Assembly: GCA_964342815.1 (NCBI GenBank)
Contig: CAYFHS010000011.1
Location: forward strand, 57,938-121,937
Source of the DNA: an uncultured archaeon
Lineage (GTDB): Archaea; Thermoplasmatota; Penumbrarchaeia; JASLWR01
DNA: 64,000 bases
Reading direction: 5' to 3'
Part shown: one piece after another, positions 17,324 to 28,732 of the stretch
Layout: each line of letters opens with the position of its first letter
Position numbering within the stretch: position 1 is the first letter of the stretch
Program-made: the position numbers and the translations under genes
The notes under the pieces: model-generated
Databases searched by the model: none
The model's input: only the letters and a program-made list of their open reading frames with translations
What the model was told of the DNA's origin: nothing

Positions 17324-18259
17324 ATGATATCGTGCAGCAGGTGTGGAAAAGATGCCGTTACTTTAATCAGGTACAGCGGCGCCCATCTCTGTAAAAGACA
17401 TTTCAATGAATTTTTCATAAAAAGGATACGTAAAGAGATTAGGTGGCAGGTTGATCTCCGTCAAAAGAGGAACATAGCAGTTGCAGTATCCGGGGGAAAG
17501 GATTCCGCAGCGGTACTATGGTCGCTGAAGGAAATACTGGGAAAGAATCCCGAGATCAAGCTAACGGCCGTTACCGTGGACGAGGGTATAGAGGGGTACC
17601 GGCCTCCGAACATTTCAGCCGCCAGCAAGTTATGCGAAATGATAGACGTACCTCATGAGATCATTTCTTTTTCAGACGTAGTCGGTTTGACCATGGACAA
17701 AACATCCCGGATGGCCGAGCCGTTGACGCCGTGCTCTTACTGCGGGGTGTGGAGGAAAAAATGCCTGAACCAGCGAGCAATGGAGCTGGGGGCGGACGTG
17801 CTTGCAACGGGACATAATCTCGATGATATGGCGCAGTCCATAGCCATGAACGTGTTCAACGGCGACGTAGCTCGATTGATACGCATGGGACCTCACAGGC
17901 GAGTACTGCCGGGACTGGTTCCCCGAATAATGCCGCTTCGGACCATTCCGGAGAAGGAAACCTATCTGTGGGCTTATCTTAATGAAATTCCGTTCAAGGA
18001 TTCCGAATGCCCTTATGCCGCCACAGCGCACAGGGGACTTTTCCGAGAGATAGTAAACAAGGTGGAGAAGAACACACCGGGGACCCGACACCGGCTGCTG
18101 GGGAGCTACGATGAGATATACAGATGTATGGCAGATAGGAATAAACCTTCCGAGCTGAATAATTGCGTAATATGCGATCAGCCAACGTCACAGGAAACCT
18201 GCAAAGCGTGTGAGATGGAGAAAGGTGTTAAAGAGCGGTTAGTTGAGAATGAGGATTAG
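17324..18259 (+). CDS. tRNA 2-thiolation protein, TtuA/NcsA (TIGR00269) family
   Basis: N-terminal CSRC...LCKRHF Zn finger, PP-loop AVSGGKDS, VDEGIEGYR, CSYCGVWR, ATGHNLDD, ECPY, C-terminal CVIC...CKAC. The track starts at 17309. Confidence 0.9.
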   Translation: MISCSRCGKDAVTLIRYSGAHLCKRHFNEFFIKRIRKEIRWQVDLRQKRNIAVAVSGGKDSAAVLWSLKEILGKNPEIKLTAVTVDEGIEGYRPPNISAASKLCEMIDVPHEIISFSDVVGLTMDKTSRMAEPLTPCSYCGVWRKKCLNQRAMELGADVLATGHNLDDMAQSIAMNVFNGDVARLIRMGPHRRVLPGLVPRIMPLRTIPEKETYLWAYLNEIPFKDSECPYAATAHRGLFREIVNKVEKNTPGTRHRLLGSYDEIYRCMADRNKPSELNNCVICDQPTSQETCKACEMEKGVKERLVENED

Positions 18260-18261
18260 GT

Positions 18262-18774
18262 ATGAAAATACTCGTACACGGTTTTGGCCCTTACCAAAAA
18301 TGGCGTGACAACATCACTGTGAAGGTCCTTGGGCATTTGAAAGACCGCAAGAATCTCGCAACAAAGATTTTCGATGTGGCTTTCGATTCTGAGATGTTCC
18401 TCAGGGAGATTCGCGAGAACGCCCCCGATGTGGTCATCGGCATGGGCCAACATCCCCGGGCCCGTAAGATACGAATCGAGCGAACCGCGGTGAACCGCCG
18501 AAGAAACTCCCGCGACGATGTGGCGGAAAAAATTGATCCGGACGGTCCTGATAAACTTCATGTTTGTCTAAAGATACCTGCGGGTCCCGGTCTCCGGATA
18601 ACTTACAATGCCGGGGATTACGTCTGCAACTTCTCTATGTACGTTCTTGGTCGGTACTGCGTCGAGAGGAACATAAGATACGGTTTTTTGCACGTCCCCA
18701 TGAAGATGGATCCGAAGGTGGCCGCGGGGATAGTCGATGGAATTATTGATTTCGTAGAAGGAGCTTGTGTATGA
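18262..18774 (+). CDS. Pyroglutamyl-peptidase I (peptidase C15) family protein
   Basis: KILVHGFGP, IGMGQ, IRIERTAVN, AGDYVCN, GFLHVP. Confidence 0.85.
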   Translation: MKILVHGFGPYQKWRDNITVKVLGHLKDRKNLATKIFDVAFDSEMFLREIRENAPDVVIGMGQHPRARKIRIERTAVNRRRNSRDDVAEKIDPDGPDKLHVCLKIPAGPGLRITYNAGDYVCNFSMYVLGRYCVERNIRYGFLHVPMKMDPKVAAGIVDGIIDFVEGACV

Positions 18775-18822
18775 GGTGACTCTGATGAAGTTTCCGATCC
18801 AAATATCGAAAACTTTCGATTA

Positions 18823-20808
18823 TTATCTATCTTTTGATTTGTCCTTTTTTCTTCGCATATAGACCCATGTGAGAACTGAGATTATGGCAATTGCCGTAAT
18901 TACATGAATACTATTTGCATAGAATCTCCAACTAAGGGGAGGTTTTTCCTTTTGCATAGTTTTGTGGGGCTGGACAAGTTTTGATTTGTAATCATCGAAA
19001 AATACTTCATCTTCATCAAAATCAGTATTTTTAATCTTAATGCTTGAATCCTTCTCGAGGGAAAACTGAACTATATCTCTCATTTCTCCTTCCCAATTCT
19101 CATATTTACCTTTACCATGGTAGAAAATGGTGCTATTAATTATCATTGCTGAAGAGTTATCTAATTCCAAAGAACCATAATAACCATCGATTGAACTATT
19201 TATTATAAATAGTGAGCTTTCTCTTGCTGTTAATCCCCAATCCAATTCGGAATTGATTTTGCTGTTGACAATTACTATTGATGATCCTTGACAATGTAGA
19301 TTGGCAGATCCACTACCTTTTATCTCATTGTTATTCATGTATATATTGTTATTATTAAACCAAATTCCGCCACTCACATTTTTCAGCAGATTATTTTCAA
19401 TTATTGCCCTAAAGACATATGGTGATTCTCGAAAAAGATACGATATCATAGAAATGTCTCCTGTATCTATAAGTGAATTATTTTTTAGAAGACAGGGACC
19501 ATCTATCAGAATTGATACTCCTGTATTTTGGTTAATTTCATTATTTAAAATGTATGATAGGCCCTTCACTTGAATTCCAAATTCTAAATATAAAAATTTA
19601 TTATTTATTATATGAGACTTTTTAAAAGAGGATCGAAGTCCGGATCCACTATTACAAAATATATTTTTTGTAACCATTAAATCCTCTCCCCAACCATATA
19701 CAGGAGTACTATCAAAAATGTTATTTTCTAATATGTGAAATCCATAAGCGAAGGAAATCCTCTGACATGAATAAAATTTATTTGTGGAGAGTGTCATATT
19801 GGTATAAGAACAAATTAATGAGTTTTTATAGAAAGAACAGTTTTCAAACTCCGCGAGTCCCCCATAGATATTCAACCCTTCAGAATAACTTAGATTACAA
19901 TTATTAAGAGAAATGTTACCAAAAACATTTATTTCGTATCGAGGAAACCACCATTCATTTTTCACATTTGAAGTATTTATGGAAGAAATAGAGGAATTGT
20001 TTGCCTTGAGTTCCCCACCTTCACTAACGAATATTCCGTAACTTTTTTGACTTGATTCATTCACCTTGATTGTCACATTTTCGAATAATAATTTGGCACC
20101 CTTTAACACGATCATATTTTTGTCTAGCAGAATCTCCTGGTTTTCAATAACAGTAGTATTTTCCACGATCCAATCCTCAAGAGCCGGTTTAGGGTAATCT
20201 ATTAATCCCGTTTTATTGATAAGTGTCATGCCCCAATATTTTGAGTAGAGCGGAGGGGATGTAATAAATGGAGGCATTATTATATCAATATGAATTACTC
20301 TGTTCAAAGGTAAAAAAAACCTAATACTTCCTTTCATAGAAGGATTGAAATTTCCATCGAATCTTAATGTTATTGTTGTATTTTGAGTAATAATTCTTGA
20401 TTCCCATTTGTTATCACGATCCTCAATATCTATTATATTCATTTCCTTAACAAGGAATTCATAATATGATGAATTGAAAATATAATCCTCAAATTGGTTA
20501 TTCCCCTCACGGTCGATATAAGTAAAATATATTTTTAAATCATTTATGTTCAATGGAACCGATCCGGGTAGCAATCCCAATTTAACATCAATTGAGGTGA
20601 TGTTACCTTCTTCAAAATTAGCTAAAACGTTTTTGACATGTATGCATTGAAATTGATTTTCTGTATTGAGTGACACCGAATATTCAGGATGGACAATTAA
20701 ATTATTTTCTTCTTTGTCCGAGAAAAAATGTGTGGCCGAGAATATCGTGATCAATAATACCACTACAATAAAAATTGCAGCATATTTCTTCTTTTTCGAT
20801 TTCATCAT
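18823..20808 (-). CDS. AT-rich membrane protein: archaellin-like globular domain, right-handed beta-helix repeats, C-terminal TM
   Basis: Signal anchor; segment ITSIDVKLGLLPGSVPLNINDLKIYF...IEDRD...NPSMKGSIRFF resembles the archaellin core; many I.NN.(F/I) beta-helix repeats; TM IHVITAIAIISVLTWVYM followed by RRKK. Confidence 0.7.
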   Translation of the reverse strand: MMKSKKKKYAAIFIVVVLLITIFSATHFFSDKEENNLIVHPEYSVSLNTENQFQCIHVKNVLANFEEGNITSIDVKLGLLPGSVPLNINDLKIYFTYIDREGNNQFEDYIFNSSYYEFLVKEMNIIDIEDRDNKWESRIITQNTTITLRFDGNFNPSMKGSIRFFLPLNRVIHIDIIMPPFITSPPLYSKYWGMTLINKTGLIDYPKPALEDWIVENTTVIENQEILLDKNMIVLKGAKLLFENVTIKVNESSQKSYGIFVSEGGELKANNSSISSINTSNVKNEWWFPRYEINVFGNISLNNCNLSYSEGLNIYGGLAEFENCSFYKNSLICSYTNMTLSTNKFYSCQRISFAYGFHILENNIFDSTPVYGWGEDLMVTKNIFCNSGSGLRSSFKKSHIINNKFLYLEFGIQVKGLSYILNNEINQNTGVSILIDGPCLLKNNSLIDTGDISMISYLFRESPYVFRAIIENNLLKNVSGGIWFNNNNIYMNNNEIKGSGSANLHCQGSSIVIVNSKINSELDWGLTARESSLFIINSSIDGYYGSLELDNSSAMIINSTIFYHGKGKYENWEGEMRDIVQFSLEKDSSIKIKNTDFDEDEVFFDDYKSKLVQPHKTMQKEKPPLSWRFYANSIHVITAIAIISVLTWVYMRRKKDKSKDR

Positions 20809-21249
20809 ATATTATGCCTCTTTCAATAGTTCAAGTCATGAATTCATTACTTTATTAACATCAACGTCTTTGGATATAGTTTTTACGGTTCCAGACCTTC
20901 AGGTATTCGCCCAACGTGTTCTACCTCCAGGTACGTTTGTAGACAATTCTCTACCAACAATAGTTCAAAATTCGTCAGACGTTTCACGAGTCATCTAAAA
21001 AATACATGTAATGATAAGTCGGCAATGTCGGCAGAAAGGGGGGTGGATGTCACCCCTTTAAGATATATTTGGTGTAGTAACGCCATCCCAAGCCCCCACC
21101 CAACTTCTGCGCTGGCCTGGCCGCTCCCCCCAGGCCTGCTCGAAGTTTTTAATAGACATGATGGTCTTTTAATATAATAACGGAAAGTAAGACACCTATT
21201 GGTCAAATAGGAAATTAGAAATATATTCCATTAGTATATGATTTATCGG

Positions 21250-21281
21250 GTCGGGCCTACGTTTCTTTCGTCGCAGGCCCT
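21250..21281 (+). repeat. Palindromic intergenic repeat family 1, short copy
   Basis: GTCGGGCCTACGTTTCTTTCGTCGCAGGCCCT; matches the copies at 45202, 46822 (reverse) and 51270. Confidence 0.8.
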
Positions 21282-21575
21282 TTTTAGAGATAATTAACTA
21301 ACGGTAAAACGTAAATTTTAACTAACTCAATTGATGTGCTTACCAAATGGTTTGGACCTTTAACGTGAGATCGGAATTTGTATGTTATGGATATATTACT
21401 GAAATTCATCTTTTCCCCTATTTGTAGTATCATCGTCAATATTGTCAATGGTGAAAAGCTCGACAGAAAGTTGGGCTTTGTAGCTTGACAATGTTCGCGG
21501 AATCGCGGTCCCGAAAGGCCGATTCAGCAGAATCCAAGGACAAAGAAAAAATATCTAAAACGACTTAATGGGCCT

Positions 21576-22298
21576 GTGACAGAATTCGAAACAATACCTG
21601 CCCACATTGCCTTTATAATGGATGGCAACGGCAGGTGGACCCGTAAACACGGCTATGAAGAGCGAACCCGCGGGCACGAAGCGGGTGCTGCCAACGTGGC
21701 GAAGATAGTTACAGCCGCAGACGACCTCGGAGTAAAATACGTGACCTTCTATACTTTTTCCACCGAGAACTGGACACGCCCGAAAAGCGAGGTGGATTTT
21801 ATCCTTCTGGACCTTCTCGTTAGATATCTTCACAAGGAACTGCCCTTTATGATGGACCGCAATATCAGATTCAACGTTATCGGCGATTGGGAAGGTATTC
21901 CCAAGGTGGTAAAATTATCCCTCGATGACGTGATGTATGCTTCCAGGGAAAATTCGGGTTTGATGATAACTCTCGCAATCAATTACGGTGGTAGGCGGGA
22001 GATGCTGGACGGTATCAAGGACTTTGCGAGATCCGCTGTCGAAGATCCCACTTTGATCGAGAAAATGGATGAGGACGGGTTCAGAAAATATCTATATGAT
22101 CCGGAGCTTCCCGACCCCGACCTACTGATACGGACCGGCGGGGACCTGCGGATATCCAACTTCTTTCTGTGGCAGTTATCCTACACGGAAATATATGTCA
22201 CAGACGTCCTGTGGCCGGATTTCGGACCCCCGGATCTTTTGAATGCCATCGAAGATTATAACCGGCGTCATAGGCGGTTCGGGGCGCTTCCGCTATAG
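21576..22298 (+). CDS. uppS: cis-prenyltransferase (undecaprenyl/polyprenyl diphosphate synthase)
   Basis: HIAFIMDGNGRW, GHEAG, YTFSTENWTRP, AINYGGR, PDLLIRTGG..RISNFFLWQLSYTE, LWPDF, RRFG. Confidence 0.95.
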   Translation: MTEFETIPAHIAFIMDGNGRWTRKHGYEERTRGHEAGAANVAKIVTAADDLGVKYVTFYTFSTENWTRPKSEVDFILLDLLVRYLHKELPFMMDRNIRFNVIGDWEGIPKVVKLSLDDVMYASRENSGLMITLAINYGGRREMLDGIKDFARSAVEDPTLIEKMDEDGFRKYLYDPELPDPDLLIRTGGDLRISNFFLWQLSYTEIYVTDVLWPDFGPPDLLNAIEDYNRRHRRFGALPL

Positions 22299-22422
22299 CG
22301 GAATCAGCACTATTTGGTCATAAACGATTTTTTCTCGGCCATCGGCCAATCTTACTCCAATGAGCTTATATAGGGGGTGAAATGTATTTTTTAATAGGAC
22401 AATAATTTAAAAGGTGGTGAGC

Positions 22423-25047
22423 ATGAGAAAGATATTTTTTCCCATAATGGTGATGATATTCATGGGGCTTGCATCATTCCCCGCCAGCGCTACCAGCGCA
22501 ACCGCCGAGCCGGGACTTGCTGGTAATTTTACAGATGCCGTCGATCTCTGGTATCTTGGTCCCCTGAGCTATCGTAAAGCGGGTCTCAATATCGAGAATC
22601 CCAACAACGTGGTGAAGCTCGTCACAGGTATCCAGATGACCTTCAACCTCAGCGACGCTCCTCAGTATTCCGCAAAGGTAAAAGTCCAGAGGGACAATTT
22701 GGACAACCGAAACGATGCTTTTATCGAGCACCAGATCACGGGTTTCCATTTCGGCAACGAACGGACGCAGAATTTTTTCTTTTCCGAGGACGAATATCTC
22801 ATGGTGGACGATGACTACAATATACAGTTCCAACCCACGAAACCCCAGCATATTGAACTCCAGTGCCTGGAGGGGGACGGAGTGGAAGAAAAATCGTTCT
22901 TCTGGGACCCTATTACAGGAGATTGGGCAACGAACGTACCCGAAAGTCCCAATTCTCCCAACATAGTGGGTGAGGAATGGGCCATGAGCGCATTGGTGGA
23001 AACCGCTGGCCGTCTTTCTATGGACATTCCATTCCAGAACTCCGTTAGCTCACCTGACCTTGTTGACGGATTCTATGTGAACCTCGACAAGGACAAGACC
23101 TATGTTTTCTTTCTGGAACATTCTCCCGCTGCAAAGTTCCGGATTTACGTTTACGGGGACCGTGACATGAACGGCATACCGGGAAAATTGAATGGCGATA
23201 CCCTGATAGCGAGCAGTTCGGGTTCCGGGGTTCTTGAGATGCTCACCATGGGGGCTCAGTATACGGGGCGATACTATATTCTGGTGAAACCGCAGGAAAG
23301 TACAGGGGGCATATACGAACTGAAGTTCACCGAGAATAGCAATCCTGTTGCGGTGGCAGGGGAGGATATGTATGCGAACTTGATGCTAGACGGGAGTATT
23401 GTTGTGAATTTTGAAAATACGCTGTCGTATGATCCCGACGACGATCTGAACAACAACAAGGAGATCGACCAGTCCGAGACGGATGATTTGGAATATTACT
23501 GGGATTTCGACCATATCGACGATGTGCCAGAGGTCTTTGCCAACTGGGACGGGAATGGGCAGAGAGTAATGGAAAGGTTCGGCAAGGGCGGGAAATACAC
23601 GGTTACGCTTGCAGTTGTCGATCCTTACGGCGCGTATGCTATGGACACTTTCGACCTGTATCTGAACTATATCCCGGTGGTGAAGATGGAGATCGAGGGA
23701 TTGGTTAAGGGAACCGCCGACGTTGGGGAGAAATTGACCTGCTTGTCGGAAGGTACTTATGATCCCGATGATGACCTGAACGGAAATGGGATTATAGATG
23801 GTTCTGAAACTGATCATCTCTCATACGGCTGGGACTTCCACGATACAATTGATAAGAACATGGACGGAAACTACACTAACGACACTGATGCTTTGAACAA
23901 GATGTGGTTGATGAAATATACCACGCCCGGAGATTACAGAGTGACGCTGAATGTCTGGGATGATCCGGAGCCGGGTGACCGGGGCCACAACTCCGCCTAT
24001 ATTGATATCAGTATCATCGATCCCATTGACATAATGAAGTATTTCGGTAAGGAAGTTGATGAAATCGTGAAGCACGACCATGACCTCTCGACGAATCCAT
24101 ACGACGGGACAACGACATCGGATGATGTAGCAGTAAGCACCATGAGGGGAAGCGAGGGGAATATCTACTCCGTGGGAGGGTATAACATGATAAATATAGA
24201 CGCCATCACTGCCCGGGAAGAAGAAGACTGCCTGAAATTGACCATGGCCACGAAGGGGAAGTTATTGGCTGATCAGCCGGATGAAGCAACAGCCATTTAT
24301 TCTTTATACATGGTAGAGGCAGAGGTGGACAAGCAGTTCATCGAACCTGCGATTACCACGGATAACCTCGAGAATATGGGGATCGAATATCTCTACCGAT
24401 TCACCTTCACTAACGGAGAATTGACCGGAGCGTCCACAATTGATCATGAGATCGAATTCACGCTAAATTGGACTATTGAGGATGACGGTTACACATTGGT
24501 AATAAAGATCCCTACCCAGGAATTGATTGCTATTGAGGGAGAGATCGACCTGGACGATGACGAACTGATCGATGTGTTCGGTGTTGCCTCCTATACTATC
24601 ATCACTACTTCCATGGGGGATATAGTTCAGCACTATGCCCGCGATGCCGCCGGTTCGCATAGTTCCGGGTATCCGAAGGATTTCTGGCCTACGCCCTTTG
24701 TTCCCCCACCTCCCGAAAATGATAAGGATGATATCGCCGGGGGCAGCATGCTGTGGATAATCCTTCCAGTGCTGGGAGGAGTCATCGGACTGGTGGTCAT
24801 TCTCATGGTGATACTGATGATAAGGAAAAAAAAGGGGGTGGGAAACGGTTACAGGGAATACACCATCACAAAGCCCGGTACACATTCCGGTTTCTCCATA
24901 GGAGCTCCGACCCCCCCTTCATCCCATCGGCAGATATCAGCTCCTACTATATCGCAACAACAGCCAACACCCCCACAGTACGGTGGCGGAGGAGGGTGCC
25001 CGCAAAAGCAACCGTACTCAATGCATTTCGGGGCACTGCCGAAATAA
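22423..25047 (+). CDS. PKD-domain surface protein, copy 1 (TM plus low-complexity S/P/Q/G tail)
   Basis: Signal peptide, PPC-like segment (TGRYYILVK), two PKD-like domains (YYWDF...[11 protein letters not shown]; YGWDF...GDYRVTLNV), [25 protein letters not shown]. The track starts at 22414. Confidence 0.85.
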   Translation: MRKIFFPIMVMIFMGLASFPASATSATAEPGLAGNFTDAVDLWYLGPLSYRKAGLNIENPNNVVKLVTGIQMTFNLSDAPQYSAKVKVQRDNLDNRNDAFIEHQITGFHFGNERTQNFFFSEDEYLMVDDDYNIQFQPTKPQHIELQCLEGDGVEEKSFFWDPITGDWATNVPESPNSPNIVGEEWAMSALVETAGRLSMDIPFQNSVSSPDLVDGFYVNLDKDKTYVFFLEHSPAAKFRIYVYGDRDMNGIPGKLNGDTLIASSSGSGVLEMLTMGAQYTGRYYILVKPQESTGGIYELKFTENSNPVAVAGEDMYANLMLDGSIVVNFENTLSYDPDDDLNNNKEIDQSETDDLEYYWDFDHIDDVPEVFANWDGNGQRVMERFGKGGKYTVTLAVVDPYGAYAMDTFDLYLNYIPVVKMEIEGLVKGTADVGEKLTCLSEGTYDPDDDLNGNGIIDGSETDHLSYGWDFHDTIDKNMDGNYTNDTDALNKMWLMKYTTPGDYRVTLNVWDDPEPGDRGHNSAYIDISIIDPIDIMKYFGKEVDEIVKHDHDLSTNPYDGTTTSDDVAVSTMRGSEGNIYSVGGYNMINIDAITAREEEDCLKLTMATKGKLLADQPDEATAIYSLYMVEAEVDKQFIEPAITTDNLENMGIEYLYRFTFTNGELTGASTIDHEIEFTLNWTIEDDGYTLVIKIPTQELIAIEGEIDLDDDELIDVFGVASYTIITTSMGDIVQHYARDAAGSHSSGYPKDFWPTPFVPPPPENDKDDIAGGSMLWIILPVLGGVIGLVVILMVILMIRKKKGVGNGYREYTITKPGTHSGFSIGAPTPPSSHRQISAPTISQQQPTPPQYGGGGGCPQKQPYSMHFGALPK

Positions 25048-27433
25048 GCTCCTACTTTCATTATACACAATTTTAATTCTACGGTCAATCTTACTCCAAA
25101 GAGGTTATATAGGAGATGAAACTTATTTAATAAATGTAAGCAAATTTTCCAATGGGCGTAATACCATGAAAATGGCTATTTTTACCCTGGTGACGGTAAT
25201 ATCGATCATGATTGCATCCTCCACCGCTAACGCGACCAGCCCAACTGCCGACCCGGGACTTACCGGCAATTTTATCGATGCGGTTGATCTCTGGTACATG
25301 AGTTCCCAGAGCTACAGGAAGGCGGGTTTGAACATAGAGAATCCCGACAACGAGGTGAAACTTATAACGGGGATCCAGATGACCTTCAATCTCAGCGACG
25401 CACCCGGATACAGCGGGAAGGTATTGGTGCAGAGGGACGGCCTGGGCAACGATAGTGATGCTTTTGTCGAGCACCAGATCACAGGATTCAACTTTGGTAA
25501 CGAAAAGACACAGAATTTTTTCTTTTCCGAAGACGAATATCTCATGGTGGATGATGATTACAACATACAGTTCCGACCGATTAGACCCCAGCACCTGGCG
25601 CTCCAGTGCCTGGAGGGAGATAAGGGGGGCAAATCGTACTTCTGGGATCCGAAGACCGGGGATTGGGCGACCAACGCACCCACAGACCCAACGTCCCCCA
25701 ATATAGCGGGGAAGGAATGGGCAATGAGCGCATTGGCCGAACCGGCAGTTCGTCTCTCCAGGGACATTCCGCATAAGAACTCCTTTACATCACCAGACGT
25801 GGTAGATGGTTTTTACGTGAATCTGGACATGGACAAGACTTACCTATTCTCTCTCGAGCACTCTACGACGACAAACTTCCAAATGCATGTTCACAGGGAT
25901 CGGGATGTAAATGGGGTACCTGGAAAAATGGACGCAGATACTCTCGTAGCAAGCAGTTCGGGGTCAGGAGACCAGAAGAAGGTCACTTTGATAGCCCCGT
26001 ATACCGGTCGATACTATATACTGGTGAAATCACCACAGGGCAGTACGGGAGGAATATATGAGCTTAAATTCACCGAGAACCATAATCCAGTTGCTGAGGT
26101 TTGGGATAATGTGTATGCTAATTTGCAGCTCGGCAAGAGCGTTGATGTTAAATTTGAAAATACGCTGTCATATGATCCAGATGACGATCTCAACAACAAT
26201 AAAGAGATCGACCAATCCGAGACAGACAACCTGAAATACTACTGGGACTTCGATAATTCCAACGGCGTTCCCGAGGACTTTGAAAACTGGGATAAGAAGG
26301 GGCAGAGCGTGGAGGGAACGTTCAGCAGCGGCGGGAAATACAACGTGACCCTTGCCGTTGTCGATCCATACGGTTCCTATGATACAGATTTCTTTCACCT
26401 ATATCTTAATTACATCCCTGTCGTGAAAATGAAGGTCGATGGGTTGATAGACGGCGTTGCCTACGTCGAGCAGAAATTAACCCTCTCGGCGGAAGGTTCC
26501 TACGATCCCGACGATGACCTGAACGGTAACGGTGTGATAGACGGTTCGGAGACGGATCATCTCTCTTACAGATGGGATTTCTACGATAAGATCGACAAGA
26601 ACATGGATGGAAATTACACCAACGATACGGATGCATCGAACAAGATGTGGCTGGTGAATTATAACAAGCAGGGAGATTACAGGGTGACGTTGAATGTTGC
26701 GGATGAAGACGAATACGGTAACAGAGCCTATAACTCCACCTTTCTCGATGTTACTGTCATAGATCCTGTGGACATGACGAACTATTTCGGGGTGGGAGAT
26801 GATGATTCCATCAAGCATAAAAATGATCGATCAACGAATCCCTACGATGGTGTTTCAACACCTGATGATGTCGCTGTAAGGACCATGAGCAGTTCCAATG
26901 AGAAAACCTATTCTGTGGGGGATTACAACGAGGTCAATATCAAATCGATATCCGCGGAGAAGGATGGACACTACCTCCGGCTGACAATGACCACTGAAGG
27001 GAAGATACTGGTGGATGAGCTTGATAATGCAGCGGCAAATTATTATTTCTATATTGTGGAGACGAAGGTTGACCAGCAGTTTTCGGAACCTGCTATAACC
27101 AAAGATAACTTCGAGAATCAGATGTTCGAATATCTCTACATGTTCACCTTTATAAATGGAGTTTGGACAGGAGTATCCTCCATAGATTACGACTTCAAGT
27201 TCAATCCGAATTGGAACCTCGAGGATCGCGGTTACACGTTGGTCCTGAATATTCTCACTCAGGATTTGAAAATGCTTAAGGAAGAGATCGACGTGGAGGA
27301 CGACGAGTTGATCGATATCTTTGGTGTAGCAACATATACAATAACCACTACTTCCAATGGGGAGACCGTACAGCACTTTGCCCGCGACGCCGCCGGAGCA
27401 AATCCGTCGGCATATCCGAAGGATTTCTGGCCG
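22423..27433 (+). repeat. Tandem gene duplication, 2743-bp offset
   Basis: The starts (22423/25166) and the late anchor GCCCGCGA(T/C)GCCGCCGG (24637/27380) are both exactly 2743 bp apart. Confidence 0.9.
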
Positions 27434-28111
27434 CCCACTTCTGTTATCGATACTGACGGTGATGGACTAACCGATATCGCAGAGCTGGAACGCGGAACCG
27501 ATCCGAATAATCCGGATACGGATGGCGACGGCATTCCGGATGGGATGGACGATAAACCATTCCTTGCCTCCGAGGAAGAATCTTACATAGAGATAATCAT
27601 AATTATCGGTATTGGACTTGTCTTTTGTATTCTGATTCTGGTGATTTATACGCGATTGAATAAGAAGATTATCCTGGAAAATGAGACTCGGAATACGATA
27701 TTTGCCTATATAAATCAAAATCCGGGCGTACACTACAGGAAGATAAAGAAAAAGCTCGGTATATCCGATAGTACTTTAACGCATCATATTCGAAAATTGC
27801 GAGAAACCGAGATGATCAAAATACAATACGAAGGCAATTTCAAGTTCTTCTATCCCCAATGGATGAATGAGGATCTTTCCCCAATGACGCCAATACAGAA
27901 GAAAATTCTCGAAGTCATCAGGAAGAAACCTGGGAGTACGATACAGCATCTGGCCCTGGAGCTGGGGAAAAAACCACGGACTATCAGGTACCATGTGAAC
28001 AATATTGCCGATAAGGGTCTAATTGATTCGAAGAATGTGGATAATAGAACCCACTGGTTCGTGAAGATGGGGATGACGAAAGAATATGTGTCCAAGGAGG
28101 AACTGACCTGA
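25166..28111 (+). CDS. PKD-domain surface protein, copy 2, with TSP3 repeat, TM and cytoplasmic tandem winged helix-turn-helix (COG3398-like)
   Basis: Collinear with copy 1 up to YPKDFWP, then DTDGDG repeats, [21 protein letters not shown], and two wHTH units ([38 protein letters not shown]; [38 protein letters not shown]). Start reset to ATG 25166. Confidence 0.88.
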   Translation: MKMAIFTLVTVISIMIASSTANATSPTADPGLTGNFIDAVDLWYMSSQSYRKAGLNIENPDNEVKLITGIQMTFNLSDAPGYSGKVLVQRDGLGNDSDAFVEHQITGFNFGNEKTQNFFFSEDEYLMVDDDYNIQFRPIRPQHLALQCLEGDKGGKSYFWDPKTGDWATNAPTDPTSPNIAGKEWAMSALAEPAVRLSRDIPHKNSFTSPDVVDGFYVNLDMDKTYLFSLEHSTTTNFQMHVHRDRDVNGVPGKMDADTLVASSSGSGDQKKVTLIAPYTGRYYILVKSPQGSTGGIYELKFTENHNPVAEVWDNVYANLQLGKSVDVKFENTLSYDPDDDLNNNKEIDQSETDNLKYYWDFDNSNGVPEDFENWDKKGQSVEGTFSSGGKYNVTLAVVDPYGSYDTDFFHLYLNYIPVVKMKVDGLIDGVAYVEQKLTLSAEGSYDPDDDLNGNGVIDGSETDHLSYRWDFYDKIDKNMDGNYTNDTDASNKMWLVNYNKQGDYRVTLNVADEDEYGNRAYNSTFLDVTVIDPVDMTNYFGVGDDDSIKHKNDRSTNPYDGVSTPDDVAVRTMSSSNEKTYSVGDYNEVNIKSISAEKDGHYLRLTMTTEGKILVDELDNAAANYYFYIVETKVDQQFSEPAITKDNFENQMFEYLYMFTFINGVWTGVSSIDYDFKFNPNWNLEDRGYTLVLNILTQDLKMLKEEIDVEDDELIDIFGVATYTITTTSNGETVQHFARDAAGANPSAYPKDFWPPTSVIDTDGDGLTDIAELERGTDPNNPDTDGDGIPDGMDDKPFLASEEESYIEIIIIIGIGLVFCILILVIYTRLNKKIILENETRNTIFAYINQNPGVHYRKIKKKLGISDSTLTHHIRKLRETEMIKIQYEGNFKFFYPQWMNEDLSPMTPIQKKILEVIRKKPGSTIQHLALELGKKPRTIRYHVNNIADKGLIDSKNVDNRTHWFVKMGMTKEYVSKEELT

Positions 28112-28128
28112 ATTTACTTTTTTTCCAA

Positions 28129-28686
28129 TTATTTTCCCGAAAAATCCCGATGAGGTACCCACAAAAACAATAACACGGTAAGGGCAAGGGAAACCAGAGC
28201 CGCAGTTTTCGAATTTATATCCACTAGATAAAGACAAACAGGTACGGCCACCACTATCCCGATAAAGGCCCCCAGGGCTATGTCGCCCGGATCATGGGCC
28301 TTGAGAGCATATCTCGAATAGGCAGTAGCAACGGTCATCAGGCCCAGTATCGCCGGCAATATCCAGTGGATCCGAATGGAGAACCACCCTGCGATCAAGG
28401 CCATGGTAAAAGCCAGCTGGGTGTGGTAGCTTGGCCGGGAATACCTTGCAAGGGGATCCAATATTTTTCCGCCAGGTTTCCATTTTCCATGTGCTCGTTC
28501 CTTCCTTATCAACGCTTTCAAAATATAGTTCAGCAGGGTGGTGGCAATAAAACCCACACTCCCTGACAACAGCAGAGCATAGAATCTCCCGGAGCCGTTT
28601 ACGAGAACCTCGCTTAACAGCACCGCACCCACGGTAGCGGTAAAAAGAATTTTTCCGAATCTGTCGAATATTGTATGCCAGGACAC
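28129..28686 (-). CDS. PAP2-family membrane phosphatase
   Basis: Variant PAP2 motifs KALIRKER, RPSYH, SRYALKAHDPGD; multiple TM helices. Confidence 0.8.
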   Translation of the reverse strand: MSWHTIFDRFGKILFTATVGAVLLSEVLVNGSGRFYALLLSGSVGFIATTLLNYILKALIRKERAHGKWKPGGKILDPLARYSRPSYHTQLAFTMALIAGWFSIRIHWILPAILGLMTVATAYSRYALKAHDPGDIALGAFIGIVVAVPVCLYLVDINSKTAALVSLALTVLLFLWVPHRDFSGK

Positions 28687-28732
28687 GACTTTTCTGTAAG
28701 CCGGGAGAATTAATAAAATTTTGTGAATTCTT

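Noticed and set aside
20812-20994. 60-codon minus-strand frame with three in-frame TGA and a TAA just before the next ATG (MTRETSDEF*...RWANT*RSG...MNS*LELLKEA), suggesting TGA recoding
   Set aside because: The adjacent AT-rich gene has no internal TGA, no family is recognisable, and another frame gives an equally plausible 34-aa fragment. At best a decayed remnant or chance.
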